64,000 nt of DNA. Origin: Gammaproteobacteria bacterium (lineage in GTDB: Bacteria; Pseudomonadota; Gammaproteobacteria; SZUA-140). The stretch lies in assembly GCA_026982565.1 (NCBI GenBank), contig JALSGV010000201.1, positions 27,658 to 91,657 of the forward strand, written 5' to 3'. This document shows, one piece after another, positions 30,223 through 40,678 of the stretch. Positions within the stretch are counted from its first letter, which is position 1, and each line of letters starts with the position of its first letter. The notes beneath the pieces are model-generated. The model did no database searches. It was not told the DNA's origin and worked only from the letters and a program-made list of their open reading frames with translations. The translations under genes were made by a program, and so were the position numbers.

Positions 30223-31608
30223 TTATTTTATTACATTGACATAAAAAGATTTGCTTGATTTTTTATGGAAAAACGAATTATGCCATAGCAGGGTAAAATC
30301 TCCTGAATGCTCCTTGCATTTATTCTTGAAATAATCGAAACGCTCCATAGCGAGGTGGGTAAATCCCAGGCCCTCGAATTCATCAGATAAAATTGACGCC
30401 TCCATTATGATCAATGGTCTTTGCCTTAGGTTCATTTTCTTCCGGCGAACTAATGAATACATTGTATACTCATAGCATACACCAGCGCGAAAACCCGGTT
30501 TATCAGGATAGCCTAGCGTTGAGTCATATATAAATCCGTTTTCCTGCCAATAGTCTGGTGTTCTAGCGATATCGTATCGCATGTAGTGTTGTCTCCCCCC
30601 CATTGAGGCAATATCAATATTTAGATTTCTACAAGCCTCACGAAGCGCCTGTGCTGACTGAGTGAATTTTTCTGAGCAATGATATGTCTCATAGCCTGGG
30701 TGAAATCCAATTTCGTGCCCCGCTCCTGCAATTTGTCTCAATAAATCTTGATTTTTCCCAGTCCGAATGTCATCAACATTATCAAACTGAGTGTCAGTCT
30801 GAATTGGTATAAAATAAAAAGCCACCTTATTTCCCGCTTTTTGATTAACTGTCATAATCCAGTCAATATTCCTCCGATATTCATCGAAATAATCGGATCC
30901 GAACCTCTTGAATATGTAATTCAGTCCGTCACGTATTACTAATTCAGGGTTATGGTCACGAATAAGGCGGGCACAGACACGTAGTAATGTTCTTTTTAAT
31001 GAGCGGCCAGCCAGATCAAAAGGCTGGTCTATATCACAACTAATGAGCTTTCTGAATTTGCGTTCTTTTCTTTCCATATCAGGCCATAAGGTTTGTATGC
31101 AAGCCCATAATATGTCTAAATATTGATTCACTACTGGCTTATCTAAAAAACCTGCATTATAAGCAACGGAAGAGGATGCAGGAAACCGGTCATGTTCATC
31201 TCTTTCAGGCGTAATGAGTTCTTCATAACGCGTCAGCATGAAGAAAGAGCTACCAAATATGTCCAAATTCATATGGATACAATTGTAATTTTCCTCCATT
31301 CCTGCCTGACCATAAATAACCGGAACGCTGATTTCAGCCAACTTTCTATTAAAACGATGTGACACAGGCACCCAGAATTTCATAGGCAACACAGGCATTG
31401 TTGATTTTCCCAGCCACTCTTTGTGCGCCCGGTGAAAAAAATCAGCATTCAATGATATAGATGAAGAACTCCCTGGCCTTCTGATATTGATATTGCTTTT
31501 ATCATACTCTTCTACTCTGAATGGCAAACCGAGAAATTCTCCAATCATTATATCTAGAATATAATGCTGTTCTCTTATGCATACTTTAGGAATCTGGACC
31601 AGTAGCAC
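30223..31608 (-). CDS. hypothetical carbohydrate-modifying enzyme (possibly divergent polysaccharide-deacetylase-like)
   Basis: 461 aa, soluble. A possible metal-binding HEIGFHPGYETYH preceded by an acidic DNVDD. The family assignment is weak; the CDS itself is clear. Confidence 0.4.
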   Translation of the reverse strand: MLLVQIPKVCIREQHYILDIMIGEFLGLPFRVEEYDKSNINIRRPGSSSSISLNADFFHRAHKEWLGKSTMPVLPMKFWVPVSHRFNRKLAEISVPVIYGQAGMEENYNCIHMNLDIFGSSFFMLTRYEELITPERDEHDRFPASSSVAYNAGFLDKPVVNQYLDILWACIQTLWPDMERKERKFRKLISCDIDQPFDLAGRSLKRTLLRVCARLIRDHNPELVIRDGLNYIFKRFGSDYFDEYRRNIDWIMTVNQKAGNKVAFYFIPIQTDTQFDNVDDIRTGKNQDLLRQIAGAGHEIGFHPGYETYHCSEKFTQSAQALREACRNLNIDIASMGGRQHYMRYDIARTPDYWQENGFIYDSTLGYPDKPGFRAGVCYEYTMYSLVRRKKMNLRQRPLIIMEASILSDEFEGLGFTHLAMERFDYFKNKCKEHSGDFTLLWHNSFFHKKSSKSFYVNVIK

Positions 31609-31610
31609 TT

Positions 31611-32573
31611 CTAAGTCCTGAGCACGTCGCGAAGGAATAATGATGTCTTTAATATTAAACTGGGTGTTTTATATATTGTGAAATATGGATGCTGCCTTGC
31701 ACCAAATGCGCGGAAATAGCGCTCAATTGACTCAATCATAGAACCTTCGAAATCGAATCTTTTAGTTACAGTTGAAGCATGGAGAATTGCATGCCACATA
31801 CACAAACTGGTTGCCCCACTGTTTCTTAATTTCGGGTCGCTCCCTCCCATAATATAATAAGCACTATTTTCATCCCATACGATATAAATTCCCGCATGGT
31901 GACGACCCTCAGGGTCCTCTGCCACCCATATCTTTCTACAATGATGCTTGACACAGGCGGAATCCAGGCGGTGAATAAAGCCATCTGAATATGGCTGCTG
32001 TATTCCCTGACGATTATAGGTTAGCCTGTTTAGACGGATGAATTCATCCAAATCCACGTCATCGCGTATCCTGAGATTAAGTCGAGACTCCGCTTTTCTT
32101 ATATCAGTCCGTATATTTGCTTGCATTTCAGACCAGAGGTGCTCGCTATCTGAAAGATCAGGAATTACATATGTATAATTTGTCGTTTGCTTGAATCCAT
32201 TCCAGTAAAAAGGCAGCCAGTTTAAATTTTTAAAACTCCAACTTTGAATAAAATGATCAAATTCGGGTAATTGGTCTATCAATTGCTGTATTAGATCTTT
32301 TTCTTCAGACAAGGCCTTGGCATACTTAGCATTAGAAGGGCACAACCAGGGACCAAGTGTTTGGGTCAGGCATGGCTGAGTAATTATGGTGAAGCCATAT
32401 TTTCTCTTAGTATAGTAAGGCATGGCGGCCATGACTTTCCCGCCTTTCTCTACAATCGCGGCCTCCCAGTGGCCTGAACCTTCACATACGGCATCCAACC
32501 ACCAATCACGTGAAAAAATCGGGATGGTCGGTTCATTCTCACAAAGTTTCCGATAAATATCTTTATTGTCCAT
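31611..32573 (-). CDS. FemAB/BioF2-like GNAT-fold acyl/aminoacyl transferase (tentative)
   Basis: 320 aa. Size and two-lobed composition resemble the Acetyltransf_6/FemAB-like proteins that occur in polysaccharide loci. Three-bp gap to the upstream gene and one-nt overlap with the sulfotransferase. Confidence 0.4.
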   Translation of the reverse strand: MDNKDIYRKLCENEPTIPIFSRDWWLDAVCEGSGHWEAAIVEKGGKVMAAMPYYTKRKYGFTIITQPCLTQTLGPWLCPSNAKYAKALSEEKDLIQQLIDQLPEFDHFIQSWSFKNLNWLPFYWNGFKQTTNYTYVIPDLSDSEHLWSEMQANIRTDIRKAESRLNLRIRDDVDLDEFIRLNRLTYNRQGIQQPYSDGFIHRLDSACVKHHCRKIWVAEDPEGRHHAGIYIVWDENSAYYIMGGSDPKLRNSGATSLCMWHAILHASTVTKRFDFEGSMIESIERYFRAFGARQHPYFTIYKTPSLILKTSLFLRDVLRT

Positions 32574-33529
32574 TATTCCCTACTATTATGAAAAATATTT
32601 TTCAGGCTTGAATAGATATCTTCATCAATACGTACTGATCTCTTGTTGGGAAACTTATCAGGAACACTAAATCGGCGCGCGAGATGTACATCATGAGATA
32701 TAAGAAACCTTTCAAAGTTGTCCAGTGATGACCTTACATCACTACAAAAATCTTCATACTTGAAAGTAAGAACACGTCGTCGATCAATGAATCCATTTTT
32801 TTCGGCTTCATATATAACATTATGAATAGCGCGTATCTGTTCTACCGCCTGGCTTGCTGGCTCAAGTAGTTTTAATTGCTCAATATTCGGAGGAGGCACT
32901 GACCACCACTGATCATAGCGCCCCAACGCCGTTTTCCTGCCATCGAGTATTGAAAGTGCGTTATCAAACTCATTTCTCTTAATAATGACAAACAATGCTT
33001 CAGGAATGTGCATTGAAATTGGTTCAAGCCTCATGCTTGCATAGAGATTTTTGAAAATGACTGGTTTGTCAAATGTCTCTGTCAAGGAAATAATGGAGCG
33101 GCGGAACCTGCGCATTCGTGCATCATCAACATTCTCTGACGATACATATACAGGTTTACTTGGAAAAAATCTGTACCACCATAAACCGCACTCTGATGGC
33201 CCTGATCTTCCTAAGGTTGCACCAAAACGGGAAGTGTAGTCAGAGCATGACTTGTCTTTTAGTGGACGAAACAAGCGCTCTGCCAGAGCCGGAGCACCAA
33301 AGAATTTACAGTGTAAATTGCTTAAATATCCCACATCAAATGCATCTGTAAGCACCTGATATACTAGCGTACTACCCGAACGTGGTGCCCCAATAATAAA
33401 TACTGGCGGATATTTAAGGTCTCTGTCGTAAACAGGCGCCATTAGCATATCAATATAATTCAGTACTATTTTGTTTACCAAGATAAATAACCGCCGCCAG
33501 TATCTGGACGGAGAAAGATACTTTGTCAT
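32573..33529 (-). CDS. PAPS-dependent sulfotransferase
   Basis: 5'-phosphosulfate-binding loop PVFIIGAPRSGSTLVYQVL near the N-terminus. About 318 aa, typical of bacterial Sulfotransfer_3 proteins. Confidence 0.7.
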   Translation of the reverse strand: MTKYLSPSRYWRRLFILVNKIVLNYIDMLMAPVYDRDLKYPPVFIIGAPRSGSTLVYQVLTDAFDVGYLSNLHCKFFGAPALAERLFRPLKDKSCSDYTSRFGATLGRSGPSECGLWWYRFFPSKPVYVSSENVDDARMRRFRRSIISLTETFDKPVIFKNLYASMRLEPISMHIPEALFVIIKRNEFDNALSILDGRKTALGRYDQWWSVPPPNIEQLKLLEPASQAVEQIRAIHNVIYEAEKNGFIDRRRVLTFKYEDFCSDVRSSLDNFERFLISHDVHLARRFSVPDKFPNKRSVRIDEDIYSSLKNIFHNSRE

Positions 33530-33611
33530 TTTAGATATTCACGCTTTCCGATATGACTCAGAGACTGAATACATGCTCGTGGTTTCGCCAAGTTTTCAGT
33601 TCACAGTGGGA

Positions 33612-34892
33612 CTAGATAATGTTCCTTGGTCTTTTTGCAGATGCAAGAATAAAGAAATAGTATAGGATATATAACAACACATCTATTATCAGGGCAGCAT
33701 ACAAAAGAACTATTATTTCACCTTTTGGGGCAACCCAGCTAAATACAGAAAGCGTCACCAAAAACGCAATGACTTTCCATATGGCACCATACTGATTATT
33801 TTTTGTTGCACCAAGGGTGCTGCTTAGTGTGGAAACAACAAAGCGAACTGCCAGTGCGGGAATTAATATCTGACAGTAGACTCCAGCTTCACGCCATGCC
33901 TCGCCAAATACAATCGCGAACAACTCTGGGGAAAATAATATTAGAAAAACCATGGGCACACTGGCAATAGCAGCAAGTAGTAATGTGAGCTTATATATGT
34001 ATGAGGTTACATTCTGTCGCGTGTTGACAAGATCTACAACCTTCCTTAAGTTAACCTGAGAAACGGATGCTGAAATAAAGCTTAATGGGGCGTTAGCTAC
34101 CCACATTACAAGAGCATAGAAACCTACAGTGGACTCCGGAAAATAACGCGAAAGAAAGAAAATGGGTATTGCCAGTGTAATACCATTAAGCAAGCTGCTG
34201 CTGGCGTTATATATGGGATATTCCTTATATCGCAGCATAAGGGCATATTTTTTTCTCCAACTGCCAAATAATGAGGTAGATAGACTATTCCAATTTGCAT
34301 GAATGATATAGCATGCGGCAAGCACTGCAGCAAGTATATTCCCAAGCAAAAGTCCCACAAACCCAACGCCGGCCACGCCTAATATTATGTTTAGTGTAAC
34401 TGCGGTAAGTGCTTGTACCAATTTGGACTCTGCCATCAACTTATAGAGTTTATGGCGGTTCGCATAATAACTACTCGCCTGGAATACCCCAATCATAAGC
34501 AGCATAACCGGCGTCAGATAAAGCCAGCCAGAAAGCTGACCAACATCAAGAAGGTCTGTCAGCCATTCATGAAAAAAATAAAGGAAAATCGCAAACAATA
34601 TCGAGATAGAAATTGTAACCAGTACTGAAACACCAAAGAGGTTCTTTCCTTGGTTATCATCCTTAGGCAATACCAATGCCACCTCATATTTACCGCAAAC
34701 AGCAGGTAGAATACTGGTCACAATAGCCATGAATACCGCCAGCAAGCCAAAATCCGTAGGCGTATATAATCTTGTCAATATTGGACTTGCCAGGACAGGT
34801 ATGGCCTGGGCTAGAGCTGTACCAGTAGCAAGCACAGCCACGCTTCTGGCAAATTGACTACTGCGTAAACGGGTTACAGTCCTCACCCTCAC
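33612..34892 (-). CDS. wzx: Wzx-type O-unit flippase (MOP/polysaccharide biosynthesis protein family)
   Basis: 426 aa, 12 predicted TM helices. N-terminus …AVLATGTALAQAIPVLASPILTRLYTPTDFG is typical of Wzx/RfbX. Confidence 0.8.
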   Translation of the reverse strand: MRVRTVTRLRSSQFARSVAVLATGTALAQAIPVLASPILTRLYTPTDFGLLAVFMAIVTSILPAVCGKYEVALVLPKDDNQGKNLFGVSVLVTISISILFAIFLYFFHEWLTDLLDVGQLSGWLYLTPVMLLMIGVFQASSYYANRHKLYKLMAESKLVQALTAVTLNIILGVAGVGFVGLLLGNILAAVLAACYIIHANWNSLSTSLFGSWRKKYALMLRYKEYPIYNASSSLLNGITLAIPIFFLSRYFPESTVGFYALVMWVANAPLSFISASVSQVNLRKVVDLVNTRQNVTSYIYKLTLLLAAIASVPMVFLILFSPELFAIVFGEAWREAGVYCQILIPALAVRFVVSTLSSTLGATKNNQYGAIWKVIAFLVTLSVFSWVAPKGEIIVLLYAALIIDVLLYILYYFFILASAKRPRNII

Positions 34893-34954
34893 CCCACGCC
34901 GCTAAGGTGTCACAAGCAAGATAATCTTGCCGCTGGCGCCGCGTGATATCATAG

Positions 34955-36055
34955 TCAGGATTCTACTAAATCGCTTATTAATTCCGACACGAACTGAACA
35001 TCAGAATCAGCCAGGTAGGGATTCATTGGCAGACTGATAACTTCAGACGCAACATTTTCTGAAACCGGGTAGCCGCCCTTTTCATTATTCAAATATTTAA
35101 AACACTCTTGCTGGTGCAATGGGACAGGGTAGTGAACTGCCGTAGGTACGCCTTTCTTTCTTAGTTCGTTCCGCACTTCATCACGATCACTGACGCGAAT
35201 CGTATACTGTGCCCAAACTGATGTTCGATCTGGCCTGACAGATGGTTTATGAATACTATCTGGTAATTGACGTGTATAATTCTCCGCCACCTCCTGCCGT
35301 AGAATTATCTCGCGCTCATAATGTGGCAACTTTGCGAGAAGAACTGCAGCCTGAATAGTATCCATTCTCCCTCCCATGCCTATGTATTTATGACAATAAC
35401 GCTTAACCTGGCCATGAACACGCATCGTTTTGATTTTTTCCGCAAATCCCTCATTATTTGTAAACACGGCGCCGCCATCACCATAACATCCTAGTGGTTT
35501 GGCTGGGAAAAAACTCGTAGTATAAATATCGCAATAGTGAACCTCCATTTTATTTTTATATAACGAACCAAATGATTGCGCACCATCCACAATCAACTTG
35601 AGGTTGTTTTTTTTCGCTATTGAGCATATTTCATCAAGGTCACATGGCTGTCCAAAAATGCTGACAGGCATGATTATTTTGGTTTTATCTGTAATTACAG
35701 AGTCAATTTTCGATGCATCAATATTGAATGTATCACTTTCTATATCGACGAATACTGGTATAGCCCTCAAAAGAGCGATGGTTTCAGCTGTAGCGATAAA
35801 AGTGAATGGCGTCGTTATCACTTCATCACCAGGCTGGATATCCAATGCCATCATGGCAAGCAACAATGCATCGGTTCCGCTTGAGCACGCTATCACGTGC
35901 TTAGCGCCAGTGAATCGGGTTAGATTATTTTCTAATTCGGCTACTTCTTCCCCCATGATATAGTTTGATTTATTCAACACACCATGAATCCTTGCATCGA
36001 TCTCTTTTTTATATAACTGATATTGGTGTTGTAGATTTGCAAAATCAATACTCAT
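34955..36055 (-). CDS. DegT-family aminotransferase (WbpE/WlbC-like UDP-3-keto-sugar 3-aminotransferase)
   Basis: DegT/DnrJ/EryC1 motifs (ACSSGTDALLLAMMAL…SFFPAKPLGCYGDGGA). Adjacent to WbpD-like and WbpB-like genes. Confidence 0.8.
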   Translation of the reverse strand: MSIDFANLQHQYQLYKKEIDARIHGVLNKSNYIMGEEVAELENNLTRFTGAKHVIACSSGTDALLLAMMALDIQPGDEVITTPFTFIATAETIALLRAIPVFVDIESDTFNIDASKIDSVITDKTKIIMPVSIFGQPCDLDEICSIAKKNNLKLIVDGAQSFGSLYKNKMEVHYCDIYTTSFFPAKPLGCYGDGGAVFTNNEGFAEKIKTMRVHGQVKRYCHKYIGMGGRMDTIQAAVLLAKLPHYEREIILRQEVAENYTRQLPDSIHKPSVRPDRTSVWAQYTIRVSDRDEVRNELRKKGVPTAVHYPVPLHQQECFKYLNNEKGGYPVSENVASEVISLPMNPYLADSDVQFVSELISDLVES

Positions 36056-36064
36056 ATCGGCATC

Positions 36065-36655
36065 TTATTCATTAATTATCCTTACGGTATTATTCTCAAG
36101 GCGGTACCGCTGACCAGTGGCTGTACAGAACGCCTCGCTATTCCCTGAAAGCGGCAAGACCAGTCTCTCACCATATTGGCTCATCCACCCCACCTGTTTG
36201 GCTGGCACGCCAACCATTAATGCATATGCTGGGACGTCCTTATTAACAACTGCGCCGGCGCCTATAAATGCATACTCCCCAATCGAGGTGCCACATACAA
36301 TCGTGCAATTTGCACCCAATGTTGCCCCCTTTTTGACTATTGTATCCCGATACTCGCTCTTTCTGTTTATCGCTGACCGCGGATTGTAAACATTTGTAAA
36401 AACCATGGACGGCCCACAGAAAACGTCGTCTTCTAAAATTACATTATCATATACAGACACGTTATTCTGAATTTTAACATTGCTCCCAATTTTGACAGTA
36501 TTTCCAACAAAGACATTTTGCCCAAATGTGCATCCTCTTCCAATTCTTGCCCCACTACATATGTGAGTCCAATGCCATATTTTTGTGCCTTTACCAATAA
36601 TTGCGCCATCATCGACAATGGCAGTTTCATGTATGAAAATATTATCGGTAATCAC
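36065..36655 (-). CDS. hexapeptide N-acetyltransferase (WbpD/WlbB-like UDP-3-amino-sugar N-acetyltransferase)
   Basis: Left-handed beta-helix repeats throughout ([50 protein letters not shown]…). 196 aa. Confidence 0.75.
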   Translation of the reverse strand: MITDNIFIHETAIVDDGAIIGKGTKIWHWTHICSGARIGRGCTFGQNVFVGNTVKIGSNVKIQNNVSVYDNVILEDDVFCGPSMVFTNVYNPRSAINRKSEYRDTIVKKGATLGANCTIVCGTSIGEYAFIGAGAVVNKDVPAYALMVGVPAKQVGWMSQYGERLVLPLSGNSEAFCTATGQRYRLENNTVRIINE

Positions 36656-38612
36656 TAAATAGATCTCCGCTAATTCTTCTGGCTATATATTTTGAGCCAA
36701 ATACTGAAAGATGATCATCGTCAGCATATAAGTAACTATCTTCCTTGAATGAATAACACTTGTCCGAATCACACAGATATGGCATTGGATCAATAATTTT
36801 AAGAATTTTAAATTCTTTTCCATATAGGAATGCCAGATCTCTGTATTTTTTCATCCGTAGCAAATACAGGCCTTTTTTTACAGTTGCAGCATTTGTAGAT
36901 ATACCCCAAATATCGAAAGGCCTGGCTACGATCTCTTTGGGAAGGAAATCCAGTTCTGGGTTTTCTAGAAAATAAAATACCTCTCTAATGTGTCGTATAT
37001 TTTGAATCCTCTCCAGTGTGTTTCTAAATCCATCAAAGTATGTTTTATAGGTCAGCTTCTCCTGCCTAATAATCTGTAAACTCTCATTCACATTCTCGAG
37101 AGTAAAGCCTCCGTCAACCTCTCCATGAATATATACAGGCCCCCTCGTTGCCATAAAAACCCTGTCTATTTTCTCATCAGATTCAATTATTGAGAAAATT
37201 TGCCCTATCTTTTTCACACATTCATCCGACTCTTTCGTGCTCCAGCCCCATTCAAACCCTATCAGTGTCGGACAGCTAGAGTTTGCCATGAGCAGAACTC
37301 CATATCCCCTCTTTTGAGCTTCCTCTGAAATTCCCGGGTATATTGCATGCGCATGGGAGTCACCTATTATCGCAATATACCTCTCTTCTTGCAGGGCATC
37401 GGCTCGACAATAGTCAAACAGCCGCTCATCAGACTGCTTGTATTTTACGTATTCTTCACATTGTTTATCCACCATCTCAGGACGTGTAAAATCTATATTG
37501 TACTTTTTCATGTAACTTAAATTGTGGCGATCTGGCAACCCATTTTTATCACTTACATATGCTCCTGCAACACCAATTGACAGAAGCAACAAAAGTAAGG
37601 TTATAGTAATAAAAGATCCTTTAGCATATCTCAGCTTTTCTATATATCGGTATGTTAGATACGCAAAAAAAAATGAAAATATTATGATGGACAACATAGA
37701 GATAGAATTAGGATACTGGCCTATGTAAATATAGAGGAATGAGATAAAAAGCCAGTGCCACAAATACAGTGGATAACTGATCAGACCAACATTTACCATA
37801 ACCTTAAAATCAAGCGAACGGGAATTAGCCATGATTATCATTATGGCCCCCAGCGTGGGAACTAATGCAGCCCAACCCGGATAAACCACATCTTCATTAA
37901 GAATAAGTGCGGATGAAAGGATCAGGAGCAGGCCAGATACACAAAGGTACTTTCTCTCCTTAATCTCCTTTCTATACAAGTACACACCTAAAAAAGACCC
38001 CAGTGCCAACTGCCATATTCTCGTGAGCGTATTGTAGTAGACATTTTCAGGATATGCTTCTATAAAATAGATATTTGCTGCAAATGATACTAAGACTATA
38101 AATGAAATGATGTATATTGGCCTTAGAAATGCCTGCTTTAGTAGAGCCAGCAATATCAACGGCCAAAAAATATAGTATTGCTCTTCAACGCTGAGAGTCC
38201 ATAAATGCAGAACTGGCTTGTAAACACTTTCAACATCGAAATATCCTGCCTCACCTATAAGAATAAAATTAAGGATATATATAGACGAATATTTAACATG
38301 TTCCGCCAACCTCTCATATTCATCTGGAAATAGTATCAGCCATCCAACAAACATTGCTGCGAGCAACACAGTAATTAATGCGGGAAACAGCCTCCTGATC
38401 CGTCGACTATAAAACTCGAGCAATGAAAAATCGTTTTTATATACTGAATCTATAATAATCTGTGTTATCAGGTAACCTGATATCACAAAGAAAATATCAA
38501 CACCAATAAACCCACCAGGAATAATATCTGGGAACGCATGAAAGAAAACAACCAGCAGAACTGACAAACCCCTCAGGGCATCAATATCCCTTCTATATGC
38601 AATGGCATGCAT
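36642..38612 (-). CDS. acyltransferase-3 family O-acetyltransferase with C-terminal SGNH domain (OafA/OatA-like)
   Basis: N-terminus [20 protein letters not shown]…[16 protein letters not shown] is the AT3 signature. About 10 TM helices, then a soluble domain with [10 protein letters not shown] (SGNH). Confidence 0.85.
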   Translation of the reverse strand: MHAIAYRRDIDALRGLSVLLVVFFHAFPDIIPGGFIGVDIFFVISGYLITQIIIDSVYKNDFSLLEFYSRRIRRLFPALITVLLAAMFVGWLILFPDEYERLAEHVKYSSIYILNFILIGEAGYFDVESVYKPVLHLWTLSVEEQYYIFWPLILLALLKQAFLRPIYIISFIVLVSFAANIYFIEAYPENVYYNTLTRIWQLALGSFLGVYLYRKEIKERKYLCVSGLLLILSSALILNEDVVYPGWAALVPTLGAIMIIMANSRSLDFKVMVNVGLISYPLYLWHWLFISFLYIYIGQYPNSISMLSIIIFSFFFAYLTYRYIEKLRYAKGSFITITLLLLLLSIGVAGAYVSDKNGLPDRHNLSYMKKYNIDFTRPEMVDKQCEEYVKYKQSDERLFDYCRADALQEERYIAIIGDSHAHAIYPGISEEAQKRGYGVLLMANSSCPTLIGFEWGWSTKESDECVKKIGQIFSIIESDEKIDRVFMATRGPVYIHGEVDGGFTLENVNESLQIIRQEKLTYKTYFDGFRNTLERIQNIRHIREVFYFLENPELDFLPKEIVARPFDIWGISTNAATVKKGLYLLRMKKYRDLAFLYGKEFKILKIIDPMPYLCDSDKCYSFKEDSYLYADDDHLSVFGSKYIARRISGDLFSDYR

Positions 38613-38618
38613 GTAGGA

Positions 38619-39677
38619 TCAATATTCCAGTGGTAATGATACCGTTCTTCCATCTCGTGCTGAAATATAACCGGCGATAAGAAGCTCCAATGACCTCAAT
38701 CCCTCCCGGCCATCTGTTTCTGGCTCTGTCTCGCCGCGGAGGACATCAATAACATTCTTGTAGTATAGAGGGTGACCAAACCCATAAACCGATGTTGTCT
38801 CATAATTAGCCTCTTTTATGTTGCGGTCATAGTCTCTTTCATCACTAAACTCCCAGGACTGAATATCGTTTACCGCAACCCCTCCCACACGCACTGTCCC
38901 TTTTTCTCCGAGGATTGTGATTGATCCTTCTAGATTCTTCGGGTATGTCAGCATAGTTACACTCATTGACCCAAGTGCGCCACTCCGCCACTTGATATTC
39001 ATTACCCCTGTATCCTCGACTTCTATATTTCGCGCAAGCGTTCCAGTCATTGCTTGAACAGACTCTACCGGCCCAATGAGCCAATCAATCAGGTCAACGT
39101 AGTGGCTGGCCTGGTTCATAAAAGCACCTCCATCAAGCTCCCACGTTCCACGCCACTTTGCTTGATCATAATATTCCTGGGGTCTTGTCCAGAATACATT
39201 GATGTTTACCATATATATACGCCCGAAACGCTTCTCCTCCAAAGCTCGCTTGAGTAATTGTAATGTTGCATTCTTCCTGTTCTGCTTTACAACAAACAGG
39301 TGAACTCCTGCTTCATCACAAGCCTTCACCATGCGCAGTCCATCTTGCCACCGGGTCGCCATTGGCTTTTCTGTCAGAACATGAATACCGATCCGAGCAG
39401 CCATCATGGCCTGCTCAGCATGAAGGCCACTTGGTGAGCATATAGCTACGACATCAATTTGTTCTGATTCCAGCATTGACTGAAAATCCTGATATCCAGG
39501 GACACCATGTTTTTTATGATATTTTTCCATGGAGGTTTTATTTCTGTCACATATCGCCACCAGCTCCATGTCGTTTTTGTGTCTTTCAATTGAAGCAAAG
39601 TGATTCTCTGAGATACGTCCACACCCAACTATTGCTATACGAATTTTACGATCTTTAATTACTCTGCTGATAGGCAT
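38619..39677 (-). CDS. Gfo/Idh/MocA-family NAD-dependent sugar 3-dehydrogenase (WbpB/WlbA-like)
   Basis: IRIAIVGCGRISENHF Rossmann fold. Start at MPISRV with GGAGA RBS six nt upstream. The ORF-track start 39755 is upstream read-through. Confidence 0.8.
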   Translation of the reverse strand: MPISRVIKDRKIRIAIVGCGRISENHFASIERHKNDMELVAICDRNKTSMEKYHKKHGVPGYQDFQSMLESEQIDVVAICSPSGLHAEQAMMAARIGIHVLTEKPMATRWQDGLRMVKACDEAGVHLFVVKQNRKNATLQLLKRALEEKRFGRIYMVNINVFWTRPQEYYDQAKWRGTWELDGGAFMNQASHYVDLIDWLIGPVESVQAMTGTLARNIEVEDTGVMNIKWRSGALGSMSVTMLTYPKNLEGSITILGEKGTVRVGGVAVNDIQSWEFSDERDYDRNIKEANYETTSVYGFGHPLYYKNVIDVLRGETEPETDGREGLRSLELLIAGYISARDGRTVSLPLEY

Positions 39678-39858
39678 ATTACAGTCTCCAGACTGGATCA
39701 GGAAGAATCTCCTTAACGTTAATGAGTACCACATTATCCTTGGATATGGAGTCATAGTCGTTCATAGAGAGTTTTTTTAACTGGCCATATCCGACCGCAA
39801 CTACAATAGTCATATCTTTTACATTCCGACCTGAGAATATTTTAAGGTTTGATCTCTT

Positions 39859-40143
39859 TTATTAACCCGGCAATAATATATATCGTATTCAGCCATTGCG
39901 TGCCGGTTCGCTGCAAGGCGGCGAAACTTGCTGTAGTCATTCTACAGCAAGTTTCGCCAACGCAGTCAGCGGGACGGCACGCAATGGCCTGTCTTTTAAT
40001 ATCAACCTGTTAGGGACTTCAGGCCTGCGCTGGCACGGCGTTGCGGCGCTTGCCAATGGAATCACCATTGCCTGCGCACCGCGCCTTGTTCCAGCACAGG
40101 CCTGAAGTCCTGAATACGATATATATTGTTGCCGGGTTAATAA
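39859..40143. mobile_element. 285-bp MITE-like element: 34-bp terminal inverted repeats (33/34 match) enclosing two long near-perfect hairpins
   Basis: Left TIR ttattaacccggcaataatatatatcgtattcag (39859-39892). Right TIR ctgaatacgatatatattgttgccgggttaataa (40110-40143). Internal perfect inverted repeats: ccattgcgtgccg/cggcacgcaatgg and ggcgaaacttgctgtag/ctacagcaagtttcgcc. Also gacttcaggcctgcgctgg/ccagcacaggcctgaagtc. Confidence 0.55.
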
Positions 40144-40530
40144 CCAGCCGCGGGATTCCATGTCGATCAAGATGCGTTCCGCGTCTTCTGTTAGTGTGGC
40201 TACATGCTCATGTCCTTTTTTTAGGGCATCAGCCAGCCTGCCGACCCTGACAGAGGGGGTCTCTTTCTCCACAATCTGCGCCAGGTTGGGGGCGCTAAGC
40301 ACAACATCTATCTTCCGTCCCCCTAACTTGAGACTGATGCGGCCCGATATTCTCGCACTCAGCCATGCGGGCTCATCAACCGGATGCGGGATTTCAACCA
40401 GCAGGTCAATATCACCACCACGGGCATTATCATCTGTGCGGGAGCCAAACAAGGTGACTTGCGCCTCATCTCCAGCCAGGTCCGCAATTGCCTGGCGGAT
40501 TATATCAATTTGATACGGTTCTAGTCTCAT
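39937..40530 (-). CDS. minimal nucleotidyltransferase (MNT, Pol-beta superfamily) antitoxin-like protein; 3' end runs into the MITE-like element
   Basis: From the ATG at 40530: MRLEPYQIDIIRQAIADLAGDEAQVTLFGSRTDDNARGGDIDLLVE (GS…DIDL NTase motif). The frame continues without a stop into the element, and the last ~68 codons are element-encoded. The native C-terminus is probably lost. Confidence 0.6.
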   Translation of the reverse strand: MRLEPYQIDIIRQAIADLAGDEAQVTLFGSRTDDNARGGDIDLLVEIPHPVDEPAWLSARISGRISLKLGGRKIDVVLSAPNLAQIVEKETPSVRVGRLADALKKGHEHVATLTEDAERILIDMESRGWLLTRQQYISYSGLQACAGTRRGAQAMVIPLASAATPCQRRPEVPNRLILKDRPLRAVPLTALAKLAVE

Positions 40531-40678
40531 TATTATGCTCTGCCGGGGGAGGGTGTCGAAAAAACCAGTTTTCTTTAGTTGGCTGTGAGGAATGAACTCC
40601 AACATGTTTGGTATTCTATCGTCGTGCTTAACCGGCAGGTAACGCGGAAGACTGTCCGGTTGAAGCAATTGTTCAGCT

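Noticed and set aside
39678-39755. 26-aa N-terminal extension of the WbpB-like ORF
   Set aside because: A GGAGA RBS precedes the internal ATG (MPISRV…), and the Rossmann fold begins immediately after it.
21961-39860. Possible prophage or integrative element explaining the low-GC block
   Set aside because: No integrase, transposase, tRNA or att-like direct repeats at the borders. Every gene is a polysaccharide-biosynthesis function, consistent with a laterally exchanged O-antigen serotype cassette rather than a mobile element.
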